From: Kudoa neothunni
Lineage: Eukaryota; Animalia; Cnidaria
Direction of reading: 5' to 3'
Length of the DNA stretch: 64,000 nucleotides
Assembly (NCBI GenBank): GCA_964304625.1
Contig: OZ199838.1
Span: forward strand, 11,681,608 to 11,745,607
The translations under genes were made by a program, and so were the position numbers. Shown one piece after another: positions 36,792 to 50,516 of the stretch; position 1 is the stretch's first letter; every line of letters begins with the position of its first letter. The notes under the pieces were generated by a model that saw only the letters and a program-made list of their open reading frames with translations, was not told the DNA's origin and did not search any database.

Positions 36792-39342
36792 TATTTAAAT
36801 ATTAATCATATTCAAGAGGATATTTTAAAGTAAAGTGACCAGTGGCATGGTAAATAATATTTATTCCTGATTAGTTTTGACTATATTTAATTATTTCGGA
36901 CCCCTAATAACAAAAAGGCAGGTCAGAAATAATTAAATATAATAGATAAATATGTGTATAATTTGTGAATAAGAGTTGTAGGAATTGTAAAATTCAAATT
37001 ATACAAACGTACATGCCTTTAGGATTAAAATTTATACTGAAAATAGTCTCTGATATAGCTAAATCAGTAAAAATCCTTAACGTAAAATGAATTTGGCTTC
37101 CAACTTAAAGAGAAAAATTCGGATTTTTCTCCAGGCCTCGGAGGAAAATTTGAGAAAAACGGTAGAGAACTCCTGCTTTTGGGATTAATATATCTTTATA
37201 TTGACTAATAAATATATCATTATTTTAGATGTAATTCAAAATATTAAAATCGATGTTTAAAAAATTATCGCGAAATGACATATGGAAAAAATGCACCAAT
37301 AAAACATGAAAAGTTTTAGGTCATTACAATGAACTATGATTTGAGATTAGACGTAAAGATTTAGCTCTAAAATCACGATATAATAAAAAAGTTAATTAAT
37401 TATTCTGACTTATGCTTATTCCATTGAGGACAAAAATATAAAGACCATTCACCAAGGGTCGATTAACTCTCGGAAAACGGTGCTCCAAAAACTGACGGAG
37501 TGACGAAAGGGATACATTATGCATCCCAGAAAATATTCATGTTGTTGCACTTATACGCAAAACACGTCATTTTATATGCTTGGCAATTATTTTAACATTA
37601 AAAAACCACACAAAAATAAAAATAATTTAGTTATATAGTAAGAAACACGCATTTAACTGATAATCATGATTCGCGAAAGAAACGACGAATCAGCTATATA
37701 TTCGACAGGAGTATATTTTACAACAAAATAAAACTTCGAATGAACTCTTAGAGGGGGTCAACATTCAGCTTCAAAGTTTTTTCGCAACTCCATCGTACCG
37801 CCAACAAACTCAGCAGTTGTAGCTTACCAATTATTTTCGTTATTTTCGTTAATTTCATAGATGAATATTGAGATTAATTTGAAAAGGATTTCTTTTCCAA
37901 TCAGGAAATCACCTCTTAAATATAACTTTAAACTTAATAATTAGATAAGAAAAAATACTCACTAATCTAAAATAGTGAAGGAAAAATAAAATCAATTATG
38001 TGTGTATGCATACACACATACACTTAACTGAACGATAGTAGTAAAGTATTTTTGAGTTATTTGCATTATTACCTCTCGCACCATATTACGTTATTGTTGA
38101 CTGTTGCTTTATTATTTAAATTGAGATTTTAACATAAAATAAAAAGCCCGCGAATAAATACGTCATTTAAAAAACTTATATATATTAATAATCATAATTT
38201 TGAGTAAAGTATAATTCTTTTGCTTTGTAGATTTCGTCATATTCTCCACATAAATGGATATCTTACATTCAAAGAATGTTTACCCCAAAGTAGTCCGTAA
38301 TTTAAATAGATATATTGAGATTAAATTATTTTATGGACATAAGTTTGATTTCAAATTGAAATTGGGATATTCTAAATTCTTTTTATAATTTAATGAGAAC
38401 GACATACAGTTCTTTGAACATTTAGGGAGAAATTATGGTCTTTTTGTCAATATTCCTTGAACGGTGAGTGTATCTTCATTGTACTAGGATTAAAATTATT
38501 TCTTTAGAAATAGATGTTGGGTCATCCCTCATGTATTTGTTAAATAATACAAATTTAATTTTAATATGAAAATAATGAATATATCCTAAACTTGGACGAC
38601 TCAAAACATTTGATTTGATGTGATGAATTCCACTGCAAGTTCTCGAAGAAAATATTGTCACCGATTTCGAGCACTTGTTCATCACTCTGGACATGTTGGT
38701 ACACATATTATACGAGTGTTAAATGCTGGTACATCGGTAAGGCCCATAAACCTCCTGATGTGTCATCTTCTCGTTATACAAACGCAACTGTATCGTTGCG
38801 CTATTTAATCACCACCGTCAAACCCCTTTTGGTTTGGTTATAATCGCTAATAATTTCAGAGTCGTTTTTGTATGATCGCTCAATAGCATTATCATGAAAA
38901 TCTGTTGATGAGAGAAAAAATATACGTACCTGCAAAACACAAATAACAAAAACCACCAAACGCGAGTGTCTTAAATTCATCCAGAAGTAATCTCATCGCC
39001 CATTGGACTCTGTCGGCTCAAATTAAAAGTATGATTTCTTAAGGTTCATACAGATTTTATTAGGTCTTATTAATGTGAAAATTAATTTTATACCGTATAG
39101 TAATCATTGCGTATCTTTTCAATGGTATTCCAAACTGACGTTAGTCTTTTTTTAAAAGAGTTATATTAAGTCAATTTCTTTCAAGCTGAATACTTTGAAT
39201 TTTTTAAATAAAATAGTGAATTGTATCGAGAAATTTAGCTGAGTACAATAAGGTCGAAATTTAATTTTTAAATGGGGGAATTTTTAAAAATACAAAAGTT
39301 GGATGTATAATGCGCCCCCTTCGTCCCGAGAGGGTTAAAGGA

Positions 39343-39584
39343 TAACCCTCGGCTCCACGCCCACACCTTTATATTATTTTGTTTATAAATTTTGTCGTTA
39401 TGCATGTTATATTTTGTGTATTTTTGCTAGAATTTCATCTACATTTTTAAAAAAAGAATTATCTACCGACCGAATTAATATAATGAGCAAAAGGGTTGAC
39501 GAAATTACACAAAATATAACATGCATAACAACAAAATTTATAAACAAAATAATATAAAGGTGGACGCGTGAATCCAATGGTTAG
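39343..39584. mobile_element. Foldback/MITE with long terminal inverted repeats
   Basis: 57-nt arms at 39364-39420 and 39506-39562 with 1 mismatch, extending imperfectly to TAACC...GGTTA ends. Confidence 0.8.
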
Positions 39585-40661
39585 CCGCTGGGGATTAACT
39601 AAGGTACATTAGAAACAGGGATTAAGAGAATTGTGATTTATGGTGTAATAACCGTTTCATATTATCGCACCATTACTTAAAATATTATATCACTGTGTGT
39701 CGTAAAAAGTCAGTTTTTAAAATAACAGGAACGCTAAAATTAACAATGTGGCTGTTAGAAGAACTAATGTTACGCAGGCGTTGAGGTCATTTCAGATTAA
39801 CAAGTTGATAACTGGTCGGTATATTTTCCTGGATTAATTAACAGATAGCGTAAATATGGTTAATTAGACTCAACTAAGAAGACTTCCTTTCTAATAAATG
39901 ATCACACAATTCACAACCCAATCCTAATTCATAAAAGTTTTTAGGAATGATAACAACTAGCTTAAAATCACGCGATTTTTGACAATAAAATGACGCAAAA
40001 CAAATAATTCCCACTGTACGCAAGGATGATTTTATATAGATTTCGATCAATCTTCCTAACCACCAAGTACCAAGACGATTAAAATTTTAAAGTTATAAAA
40101 GAGTATATTCTTTATTAAAATCGGCTCACTTTGACTGTACACCTATTTGGATCCATCGAACCGACATCATGATGACATATTCAATTAGAAGTTTACGCAT
40201 TGTCACACATTTAATTTGTGGATTAGGCGTGCATATAATCCCAGTTCAATTAACAATCTACACAAACGAAACATCAATTTATGTGTTCAAATTGATATCT
40301 TTAGGTTTTCTGCATATTATATGGGTGACGGCAACTAATCCTGATATATCTTAAACATTAAAACTTGAAATTGTATTGCGATTTAATAATTAAAAGTAGA
40401 GTATTTCGTAACTTGAAATTTTTTTCATTAACGCAAAAACTTAATTCACATCCGAAAAATATCCAATCCAAACATCAAATCTCATTCAATGGAATTACCA
40501 ATCTGACACGTATACACGATGCGCAACACATCCAATTTAATAATGTTACTTTCACTGATGATTATTGGAATTTATTTATCGGTTTCGAACTCTTATTCGA
40601 ATGAGATAGAATTTTTTAAAAATGTGAAAATTGGTAACGAAAGAGAATGCACATGCGGAGT

Positions 40662-43600
40662 ATGCAAGTTATTTTGGTGGGCTGCATTATCATTATTATC
40701 CACTTTGCTCGTGTAGCCGTTGGTGAACAAGAGTTTTTTCAATGGGGTAAAATATTGTTGTGAAACCAAACCAACAAACGATTACAACCACAAACACATC
40801 GTTGGTTTGTTGGAGACGCTTGCGTTGTCTCAATACTTTCGATATTACAAAGTAATGAAAATACCGTCGTGTAATTTTATTGTTAATTTTCATTCATCCT
40901 CATTATTACAGGTGGATCTTTATCGTCCTTGTCCGTTTTGGGAGGACGATGGTGTTTGTACTGTGAAATCCTGCTCAGTTAATGTTTGTGATACGGTAAT
41001 TAATATTTTTTTGATTTTCTCAAAATTATTGTTTGTATGTATTTCAATCGTTAGGAGAATCTTCCACTTGCACTTCAGGTATTTGTTGCTATTAGAAAGA
41101 CTGATACACTCGTTTATCTAGGATAATACCGACACCAAAGAAGATATTGTTGTATGTGTTAAAAAATTTGTTTCGATGTTAGCAACCACTAACACATTGC
41201 CTCTATTAAAATAGTGTTCGGAAGGATTGGATATTGGTTTGGATAAAATAAACAAATCTATAAGGTTTTATTATTTTTATTTTATCATTAGTTTCAGCTG
41301 TTAATAATGCTGGGTGTGTATAGCGACGAGAGAAAATATTTCCTCACCAAACAATACCTCGAAGATACACCATACCAGGATATTGTTGATCAAGGATGTA
41401 GGGATAAAGATTAAAGTTACGTTTTTGCCACTTATATTATCGTCAACTGTAGATGATCCTCCTGAGGGAGAGTATGTCGACCTTCAGTTCAACCCCGAAC
41501 GTTTTACAGGCTACTCCGGTAAATCTTCCCGAAATATTTGGACAAATATTTACGGCAACAATTGTTTCATGTAAAAGAACCAGATTAATCCATTCTTGCC
41601 CAATGTGATTTCTAATCCAATGGCTAATGTTGTCAGACAAATTAAAGATATACCTAATTTCTCGTTATTCCACCATGGGGAATTTTTTAAAAATTCTGAT
41701 AATTTTTTTGAATTTAAAATTATCAATAGATTAAAACTAATGTTCGCATAAACTCAATACATTTGTTGAGTTTTATAATTTATGAACCGAATTATTGCCT
41801 TATTCTGGGGTTGAGTTTTTTAACACTTTTAAAATTTTAATCAATTAAAAAAATATAATATTTCATATTTGTTACACGATACAATTTATGAGTTGAAAAT
41901 TAATGAAATGTAAAATCAATACCTTTTTCGAAATATAGGAATCTGTATATTACTTTTATATGAATAAAATATGAAAATCAGAATATCGATAATTTTTAAA
42001 TAAGAGTGACGCATTATTGTATAATCACCAACGAGTCAAAGGTCCACATGAGGTGTTTCTAATTCGAACAAAAACAATTTACGCGGTGCTAAGCTAACTT
42101 AATAGATCAATTCATTTTAACGTGTAAATTTGAAGAATGGCTCGTGTATTTTGAACATCGCCATCATCCATAATAATATTTTATTATACATTTATAATGG
42201 AATATAATTTATATGATATAGTGTATTTGATTTATTTTATCATTGACCGTCTAAAAATTGGCATTAAAAATGCTGTATCTATAAAATTATGAGGAATAAA
42301 TTGAATATTATTTTTGTATAATTTATGAATTTAAAATTTTTGCGCAATTAAATTTTATTTTTTATTATGAATCCAATTTCATAAAATAGTTTTTTCCTTA
42401 ATTTCTGACATTACCTGAATGCAAGAAATTTTCTATGATGCATTATTATTTTTTTCGTCGTCATATTTTTAAGGTCTAGAAATGATGAACTATAACAGTT
42501 TCTAAACAATAAAATTCATGCGTTATCTAAAATGTGGATTATAAATGCTGTAGTTACAATATGCATTATATTCAGAGTTAAATTTGTATTGATTCATAAC
42601 AATAATCTTGAATAAAAATGAATTTTCTGCTCATTGAATTTCTTTTGGAGAGATATACTGCTGGTACACGTTTAATATTTGGGGATTTTCTTGAGATGAA
42701 TCCATTCTGAATGTTATCTAAGTTATATCATTTATAAATATTGAATCATATAATTTGGAATTAATTATTTGGGCTTTAATTGTCGCGATGTTCTTGGAGT
42801 TTTTTTCTATAAAAAATTTATTCCTTGGTGTTGATATTATGCTTTATTTGTACTTGACTACGATTTAATTCTTACATCAGTTTTCTCAATAGGCAATATT
42901 AATTCTCAAATACTAACCTTGGGCTCTCCGCTCCCATCCTTATATAATTAATGTTCATAAATTTGGTTGTTGCAATTCTTATATTTTTTGTATTTTTGCC
43001 ATAATTTCGCGCAATTTAAAAAAAATTCAATTACATGATGTGATGAAATTAACAAAATTCATGGTGGAAATACACAAAACCTAACAGTTATTACATCAAA
43101 ATAACAGAGATAGGCTTGTGAAGCTCAAGGTTAGTTTTTAAATATTTTTTATTTGAATATTCTTTGGTTGATTGTTAAAGTATTGTTTTTAGTGAATATG
43201 AAAATAATAAAACATACGATGAAATCTCTGATCTAAAAATTTTTGTTTAGTGAACCCGTTTCTATATCAGACAAAAATGCATAACATTAGTTGGAAATTA
43301 ATAATACCAATATTTGCATGCGCATAAATCGGAGAAATAAAAATATATTTATATGTTATAACGCGTCTAAGTTGTTACTTTAATGTTTTTAAATATCCGG
43401 CTAAGTTACAACTATCTTTTTTATATTTTTTAATATTTGAATATTATTTTTGTTTCCTTTTTATCTATAAAAAAGGATTGATTCGAGCGATATGAATCTT
43501 TATTTTATATTTAAAATAAAAACAAATTTTTTCGCGTTAATATCAAATTGAAATAAAACAAAAAATCATGGGCATGAACGGATACAAATTAGTTCGATTG

Positions 43601-44646
43601 TGAGATTATTTGAATTGTGATGCTAGGAATGAAAAAAAAACCATGCCATGCTCAACGTGTGTTTCAACGTTTGATATCTGGACTGCACACCAGTATCACT
43701 CTTCATCTTGTATCGTTGTTCCCTTACAGTATGAACCGAGTTTTAGGTTGTTTATTGGCATATTGATATTTTTTGTATTTAGCTGAAGATGGGATCACAA
43801 ATTGGCGATTTAATAAAGAATTTTTTGAACAACGTTTTCTCATGACTGACAACATGACGCAAAGTACATTTGTTGGTTTATGCGCAATCCCACAACAAAA
43901 AATTCGAACGGCATATAACTTTTGGATTGAATAGGCAAAGATTACATTAAAAACCTATACTTTTTGTACTCAATGATGACCAGAGCCATTATCAAAGCTT
44001 CCACTGTCTGGAACAACATCGAATTCTACACTGGAGATAAGAATGTTGACAGTACAACCAAATCACAAGTGCAAACGCTAGTACACGTGCTAAACAAGTC
44101 ACCAAGTGTTTTCCAAGAGGAAAACATGTTTTCGAAAAATATGACCGAAACTATACATATGCAAGTACATTTTGCTAATTGATTATCAGGTTTTTCATTC
44201 TGTGATTGCCTGTTTTTCTAGGATGAGATAAGACATCGTTTTCTAAATATCTCTCGAATCATGGATTGTGTTGGTTGTGACAAGTGTCGTCTATGGGGAA
44301 AATTGCAGGTGAGTACCTCCACTCCTTATATGATGATGTGTTATATGTTATATGTGGATCGGTGTACTGAATTAATTATTGATTATAATTATACAGACTC
44401 ATGGCATTGGTACCGCTATCAAAATTCTCTTTTCAAAACCTAATTCAATCGTTTTAAAACGAATGGAAATTGTTGCACTTTTCAATGCAGCGCACAGGTA
44501 ATCGCTGTGACTTAGTGTGAAACAACCACTATAGTTATGAAGCTGTATTAACTCATTTTCCCCATTCTAGATATTCCATCAGCCTAGAAAATCTTCGTAA
44601 AATTGAACTACATTACAACCCTTCGAAAAGGTCCGATGAACTATAG
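40662..44646 (+). CDS. ERO1: ER oxidoreductin 1, multi-exon, two apparent +1 homopolymer frameshifts
   Basis: Signal peptide [21 protein letters not shown]; [16 protein letters not shown]; [14 protein letters not shown]; [10 protein letters not shown]; [21 protein letters not shown]; [10 protein letters not shown]; ends RSDEL*. Extra T at 40734-40739, extra A at 43632-43640. Intron of about 2 kb at 41571-43626. Confidence 0.92.
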
Positions 44647-45508
44647 CATTGAACATTAGCTATACTCGATTTTTATTGTTTAAGGCGTTTTGTTATTAGT
44701 TTTTAACTAATAAGGACGATTTATAGATGCGCAACCACATCAATTCTGCTAATTACCGCTGAAATTTTTGTTTATGTATTGATACATGCAATATCTCAGT
44801 ATATCCCAACACTATAATAAGGAATTTAACAACTTTATTTCTGCTAAAAAGCTCAAAAGATTATGTATGCCGTATTTTCCTATTTAATAAAATGAATTCA
44901 TTTTGAGTTTCAATCACATTAAACAGGGGTATTTAAATTATTCAAATATTGGAATTTAATGAAAACAATAAAGCTTGGAGCCGACAATTAAGAATTGAAC
45001 AAATAAATTTTTTTTTTGAATTTAATATTTGGAAAAATAACTTTTTTATAGTCTACGTTACAATCGATTTAGATAAATCCATGCTATGTAATCTACAAAT
45101 TCTACAATCGTCATTTCGGAGTGTTAACATCTCCCAACTTTTTTTTCTTCGCACATGCGTTCCACAAGAAAATAAATTAATCCTTTAAAATAATTTGAAA
45201 TTCTTATTTATTCAATTTTAATCACACGCTAATTTTTTACGAATGTCAAGAATCAAAGACACTTTAAATTGAATAGATGAGTTGGCTTAAATCTGAAATT
45301 CAAAATTAGCACGTTTAGATTATATTTTTTTTATTAAAATAAGTAATGAAGTGGATCGAACACGAATTAAACTTATCTCTAGAGTTATTTAAAAAAATAA
45401 TTTAAAATTTTAGACCCCCTTAACTCACCACTTCTAAATATTATAGAGAAAATAATATTACATACAAATGGAAAATAATGAATAATTATCTAATATAAAA
45501 ATTTAAAA

Positions 45509-45667
45509 AAGGCACTGGCTATTGACACAGAAGTTTTTAGTCCAAATTGGCACTACGCTTGCGCAGCGCCCATTCTTAATCCCGGCTACTTCTATTTATA
45601 TATTTTATTTTTTAGAATCTCCTGTATTTAACTGGATATTATGAACCGTGTCAATAGCCACTTCCTT
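45509..45667. mobile_element. Short MITE with TIRs of about 20 nt
   Basis: AAGGCACTGGCTATTGACAC at the left end versus GTGTCAATAGCCACTTCCTT at the right end. Confidence 0.6.
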
Positions 45668-45782
45668 AAAAATGCCGGCATATTTTATATATAAGTAAGT
45701 ATTATTATTGCTTAAAAAATTTATTCAAGGCAAAAAAATATGAAATTTTTAACATTCCGAAAATGACACGAATCCTTTAATG

Positions 45783-46383
45783 CAGGGGTTCTCGAACAAT
45801 TTTTCAAATTTACCCCCTTAACGTGGAAGCCAGATTCCTATTTCCTCCAAGGTTCTCTACAGGTTTAGCTGTGGTGGAGGCTATTTGAGGGGTGAATTCT
45901 GGTCCTAAAAGGGATGTATGGTTACATAATGACAAATTTTAATCCCATTAACTCTTACTCACAAACTGTCTATAGATCATTTTTTATATTTTACCAAATT
46001 AAATTAATTCTATCCCAATCTTTCGATCTTAGGGGTCAGACACAATTAAAAATAGTCAAAACTAGTGACACTTAAATATTATTTACCATGCAAAGAGCCA
46101 CTTTAAGTATTATTATTATTAGGCACCATCACTAAAAAATAAACGAGCCATATAAGAAAGAGACCTACTTAGTTTCATGAATAATTGTTAAATATTTATT
46201 CCTAAAAACATTTTAAGAATTTCTGCCAACTTCTTAGTGAGTTTAATAACCCTGAATAATATAATTCCTTAGATATCCTTAAGTGAGTCACAACCCCCTT
46301 TACGAAGAAATTCCCCTATCAAATTTTGATGGCATTTACTTTACCTCCCATCATTTAAAATTTACCCTCGGTTGAGAACCCCC
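45783..46383. mobile_element. hAT-family non-autonomous element with 8-bp target-site duplication
   Basis: Left end CAGGGGTTCTC, right end GAGAACCCCC; identical flanking 8-mers CTTTAATG at 45775-45782 and 46384-46391. Confidence 0.78.
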
Positions 46384-46894
46384 CTTTAATGGATTCGAAT
46401 AACTCCTTGGATTTATTACGTCGATGAATTAATTCACCAATATTAGAATACTATTTTAAAAAAATCGAATCCACTTAATTCTATATATGATTTTCATGGC
46501 TATATTTTTTGCTGGATCTAACACCTGAATTCTTCTATTTCCATAGGTATTTGGCTGTACCAATTACAAAGAGAAGACCACCATTTTAATTGAACCAAAA
46601 GAATGTAACATTTGTATTGTCTTAAATCTGCAAACTCCTAATCAATTAAACATGCAGCGATAGCTCGTTGTGCATGCAGCATATTTGAATTAAAATGTAT
46701 ACAAAAATAGCCTATTAACAATGTATAAAATACGAACGATGAGACATCAAATTTTTAGCTCACACAACGCAAAATGGAACAGAAATGTAATCAGAAAAAC
46801 ACATATTGACATAACTCATGATTGTAATAGTTATTCGCGTAAATCATATCATAAATTATAATTACAATGTAAGACATTCTCATAAATACCATAA

Positions 46895-47672
46895 TTAAAG
46901 TTGACCACATTGTTTGATTACCACTGGTGTTTTCGGTTTATCATTTGCACCAGTTGGAATACTCTAAACGATAAAACTATTACACATATACAAAAACACA
47001 AAAAGCTAACCTCAATCATTTTAAGGATGAAATGATCTGCAGGAAACACCCTACCAAATACCACATGTTTGTTATCCAAATATTTACATTGGTTGGTGGT
47101 AATAAAAAACTGTGATCCATTGGTATTGGGGCCACAATTAGCCTATATAAAGGGTGATATTTAATGAGTCAATTAGGCAGTCAATAGTTACCATTGATAG
47201 CAAACCCATTTGATCATGGGACACCCCAAACGCTTCATCTTCAAATTCTTTCCCGCCATAAATACTATAGGATCCAGTTCCGTCATTCTAGAAAACATCT
47301 CTTAATGGCAATTTGCCTTTAATTACCAACTATACATTGATGAAATCGCCCCCTTGCACCATAAAATCTTTGATCACTCTATGAAATGTGCAGTTTTTGT
47401 ATCCAATCGGAATATTGTTTTTTCTGTGTATAGAATAAGTTTATTTTTTCTGTCTAATTAACTAAAATCGTACTTATGCTCTCCCGTACAAAATTGTCGA
47501 AAATTTTCTGTAGTACGTGGAACCAAATGATTAAACAATTCCATTCGTAGTCTCCCTATGTCCTAAATTTTTAATTAATTAAATTGGACATTATTTATGT
47601 TACTTGAGAGCCTATAGAAATATCAAAAAACACCACAGGATTATCTTCATGTTTCAAGTCGGAAAATACCAT
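46895..47672 (-). CDS. PPIH: Peptidyl-prolyl isomerase, cyclophilin H type (U4/U6 snRNP), 6 exons
   Basis: [11 protein letters not shown]...[44 protein letters not shown]...[19 protein letters not shown]...KHVVFGRV...CGQL*. The FRQFCTGE...PIGYK segment is PPIH-typical. Confidence 0.9.
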
Positions 47673-49187
47673 GTTGAGTTAATCAAAATGCGCTTGCGCG
47701 GAAATTATATGACAAACGCGATTCTTGGGACTGATGTAATAATAATTCATAATTAATAGCCTAATATATTATATAAAAATATATTTTTTAAAGTTTTCAT
47801 TATTAAATATTAAATTTCTTAACGACAAATATCCATTTTTGTTAAGTAAAAATTAGTTTTGCCAAATTTGTCATTGATAGTAAGAGCTAAAATAAACTCA
47901 TTCTATATATTTATTCGAAATTAAATTTTTATATACTCTTTATTTCTCAATTTTTTTGAAGGACATGAAATGAAAATTATTCACGTAAAAGTACGAAATT
48001 TGATTAAATATTTGAATATAAGTAGATTAATTTGTCATTTTCCCCTTGGATGTTTGTCGAAATTTAGTAGTAATTATTACACATAGAGTTAAGATATGAT
48101 CTCTTTTATAGGTGATACTAGGTAGTAGAAAGCATTCTCTTCGTTATTTTTATTTAAAATAGGCGTTTCTATTTTTTTTACAATTAAATTTAGTCAGAAA
48201 CCCCAATAACAAGGTATTAATAAATTTTATATGTTAATTTGTTGAAATTTTAATTTAAGTACATTATTTTAAAATTGGAGTACAAATTAAAGACGATAAA
48301 CAAATTTACTTATTCCGGATGGTGATTTAACGTTATTAGCATATAAAATTATTTTATCTAGAGAATTATTTATTTAATCATCTTTATAGGATGGTTTATT
48401 CACGAATATAACCATAAAAACTACCAGCAATTAATTAAATATACGAACGTTAAAGTAATTATTAGTAAGAATGCAAATACTAATAATCAAATGTATATCA
48501 AAACATTTATAAAGAAATTCTTGTGTTTAAAAAGTAATTAACGCAAAAATATCATTTCTTTACAATTAATTTAATTTTTTTATTAAAAAATACATTACAT
48601 GTTATTTTGAAACAATCATCTCAATGATGGTACTTGACAAAACCCAGAATATCTTTTTATGGAGATACACGCTATTTTCCCGTATTATTTATTTAGATGG
48701 CCAAAAATAATTAGAGCGAGATCTCGATATTGCGGCTATTGTGAACCAAAACATTAACTACGTCCTAATAAGACTTTACTCTACAAGAGCTTTTCAACTT
48801 CGAAATAAGACTAGCATTTCGAGCTTAACATTAAACATCCAATTCTCCACCTGTGAAATACTAAATAATAAATGATTCGCCTACGCACGTTATGTGAATT
48901 TTACAGTTAATTTTGAAGGCCATTAATAATACAATAGGAGATGAAACGACTTAAAAATAGAGAATAAATTATTTATTCGTAATAGATGCATTTAAATTAA
49001 AATTATTTGGTGTTTAAATATTTATAACCAATTTTTTAAAATTTAATTTCTGAATATGAACTAAATTTTAGCCAACGTTTTTAAGCCAGATCTTTACGTA
49101 GGACATTTTTCCTCATTTTCTCCATATTAAATTATATCATAATATTACGCTTATTTATCTGTTTAAGTGCTCAAATTATAAAATGTA

Positions 49188-49223
<36 letters not shown>

Positions 49224-50516
49224 GTATTAGGCTATTTTATTTCAATAATTAGTTTTCTCCAATCTACCAGGAATAAAACGACAAAAAGAATTAACATTGG
49301 CATCAGGATGGACAACAAAAAAATTTTAGATTATTGTTAAAATTTCTCATATATTGAGTCATGGTAAATTCTTTCACTTTTACATGTAAAGCCTTGCTCT
49401 ATAACGGTACATATTCCAGGCAACTATTTACATGCATTGATTTACAAGCTCAGATATCAGCCTAATTCTAAATTGTATAACGATTTCCGCCGTGAAGACG
49501 TATTACCCTAAACCAAATTCAGTTGCACTGCAATAATTTTCACAAAAAGGTATATACTTCATTTTATTTAGAATTGAAAGTATCAAAGGTTAAATCATAA
49601 ATAAGTGTCTATTTCGAGAATCATATTCTATAAACAAGAGGTCAAACACATCAAATATGTATTAGCATATAATTAAACGTGACAGCAATACTGAGGAGAA
49701 ATTATCTAAAGAGAAATACACAAAAGAATTATGAAAATATATTAATTTGGGTTTAATGACTTATTATTTATCTAGAACACATTTAGATAATGTTATTAAT
49801 AGCCACAGCGAATGAATTCCAACCAAAGTCTCAATATTTTTACTCGCGTTTGTAGAAAATTCCAATCAAAAATCATTTCTTTACATCAGTTATGAAATAC
49901 TGCTGGCATAAAATAAAAGCTTCGTACGAATTAAACTTTTTTGAAGTAGCATATTCGGACAAAGTATTTACGGTGGATATGATTCCTTTCCAATTGTTAA
50001 CTTGTAAAGTATGTAATTATTATCCACTGAAATGTTAAAATCTAATAACAGTTCCCAGTGCAACACTAGTAAAATTATTATTTCCCCAACCCTAATTATG
50101 GATATTGCTGAATGGCGGCGAGTGTAATTTAGTACCAGCCCATATTGTAACCCCCACAACAAATCGCTCAAAACCTCTAATAACACGAGACAAAATTACT
50201 ATTGGATACTATATTGTTTCAAAAATTAATAGATGTAACCTTAGGGGTATTTATATACTGTAGATATATCGCGATAATCACAATGTACAAAACGGAACCC
50301 AAACGTAACTTTAAGTCTATTAGATATGCTTAATATCAATTTTTCGCGAAAGTGAAATAAGGCAAACATCATAAAAACATAATAATTTCAAAATTAAATG
50401 CAAAAATTAAAAAAAATCGTTCATTACAGGTAATAGCTGAGGAGAGTTAAATGATTATCTAGCTTTATGTCATTGTAGTAACACTTTAATTTAAAAACAA
50501 ATATGTAACATAGAGT

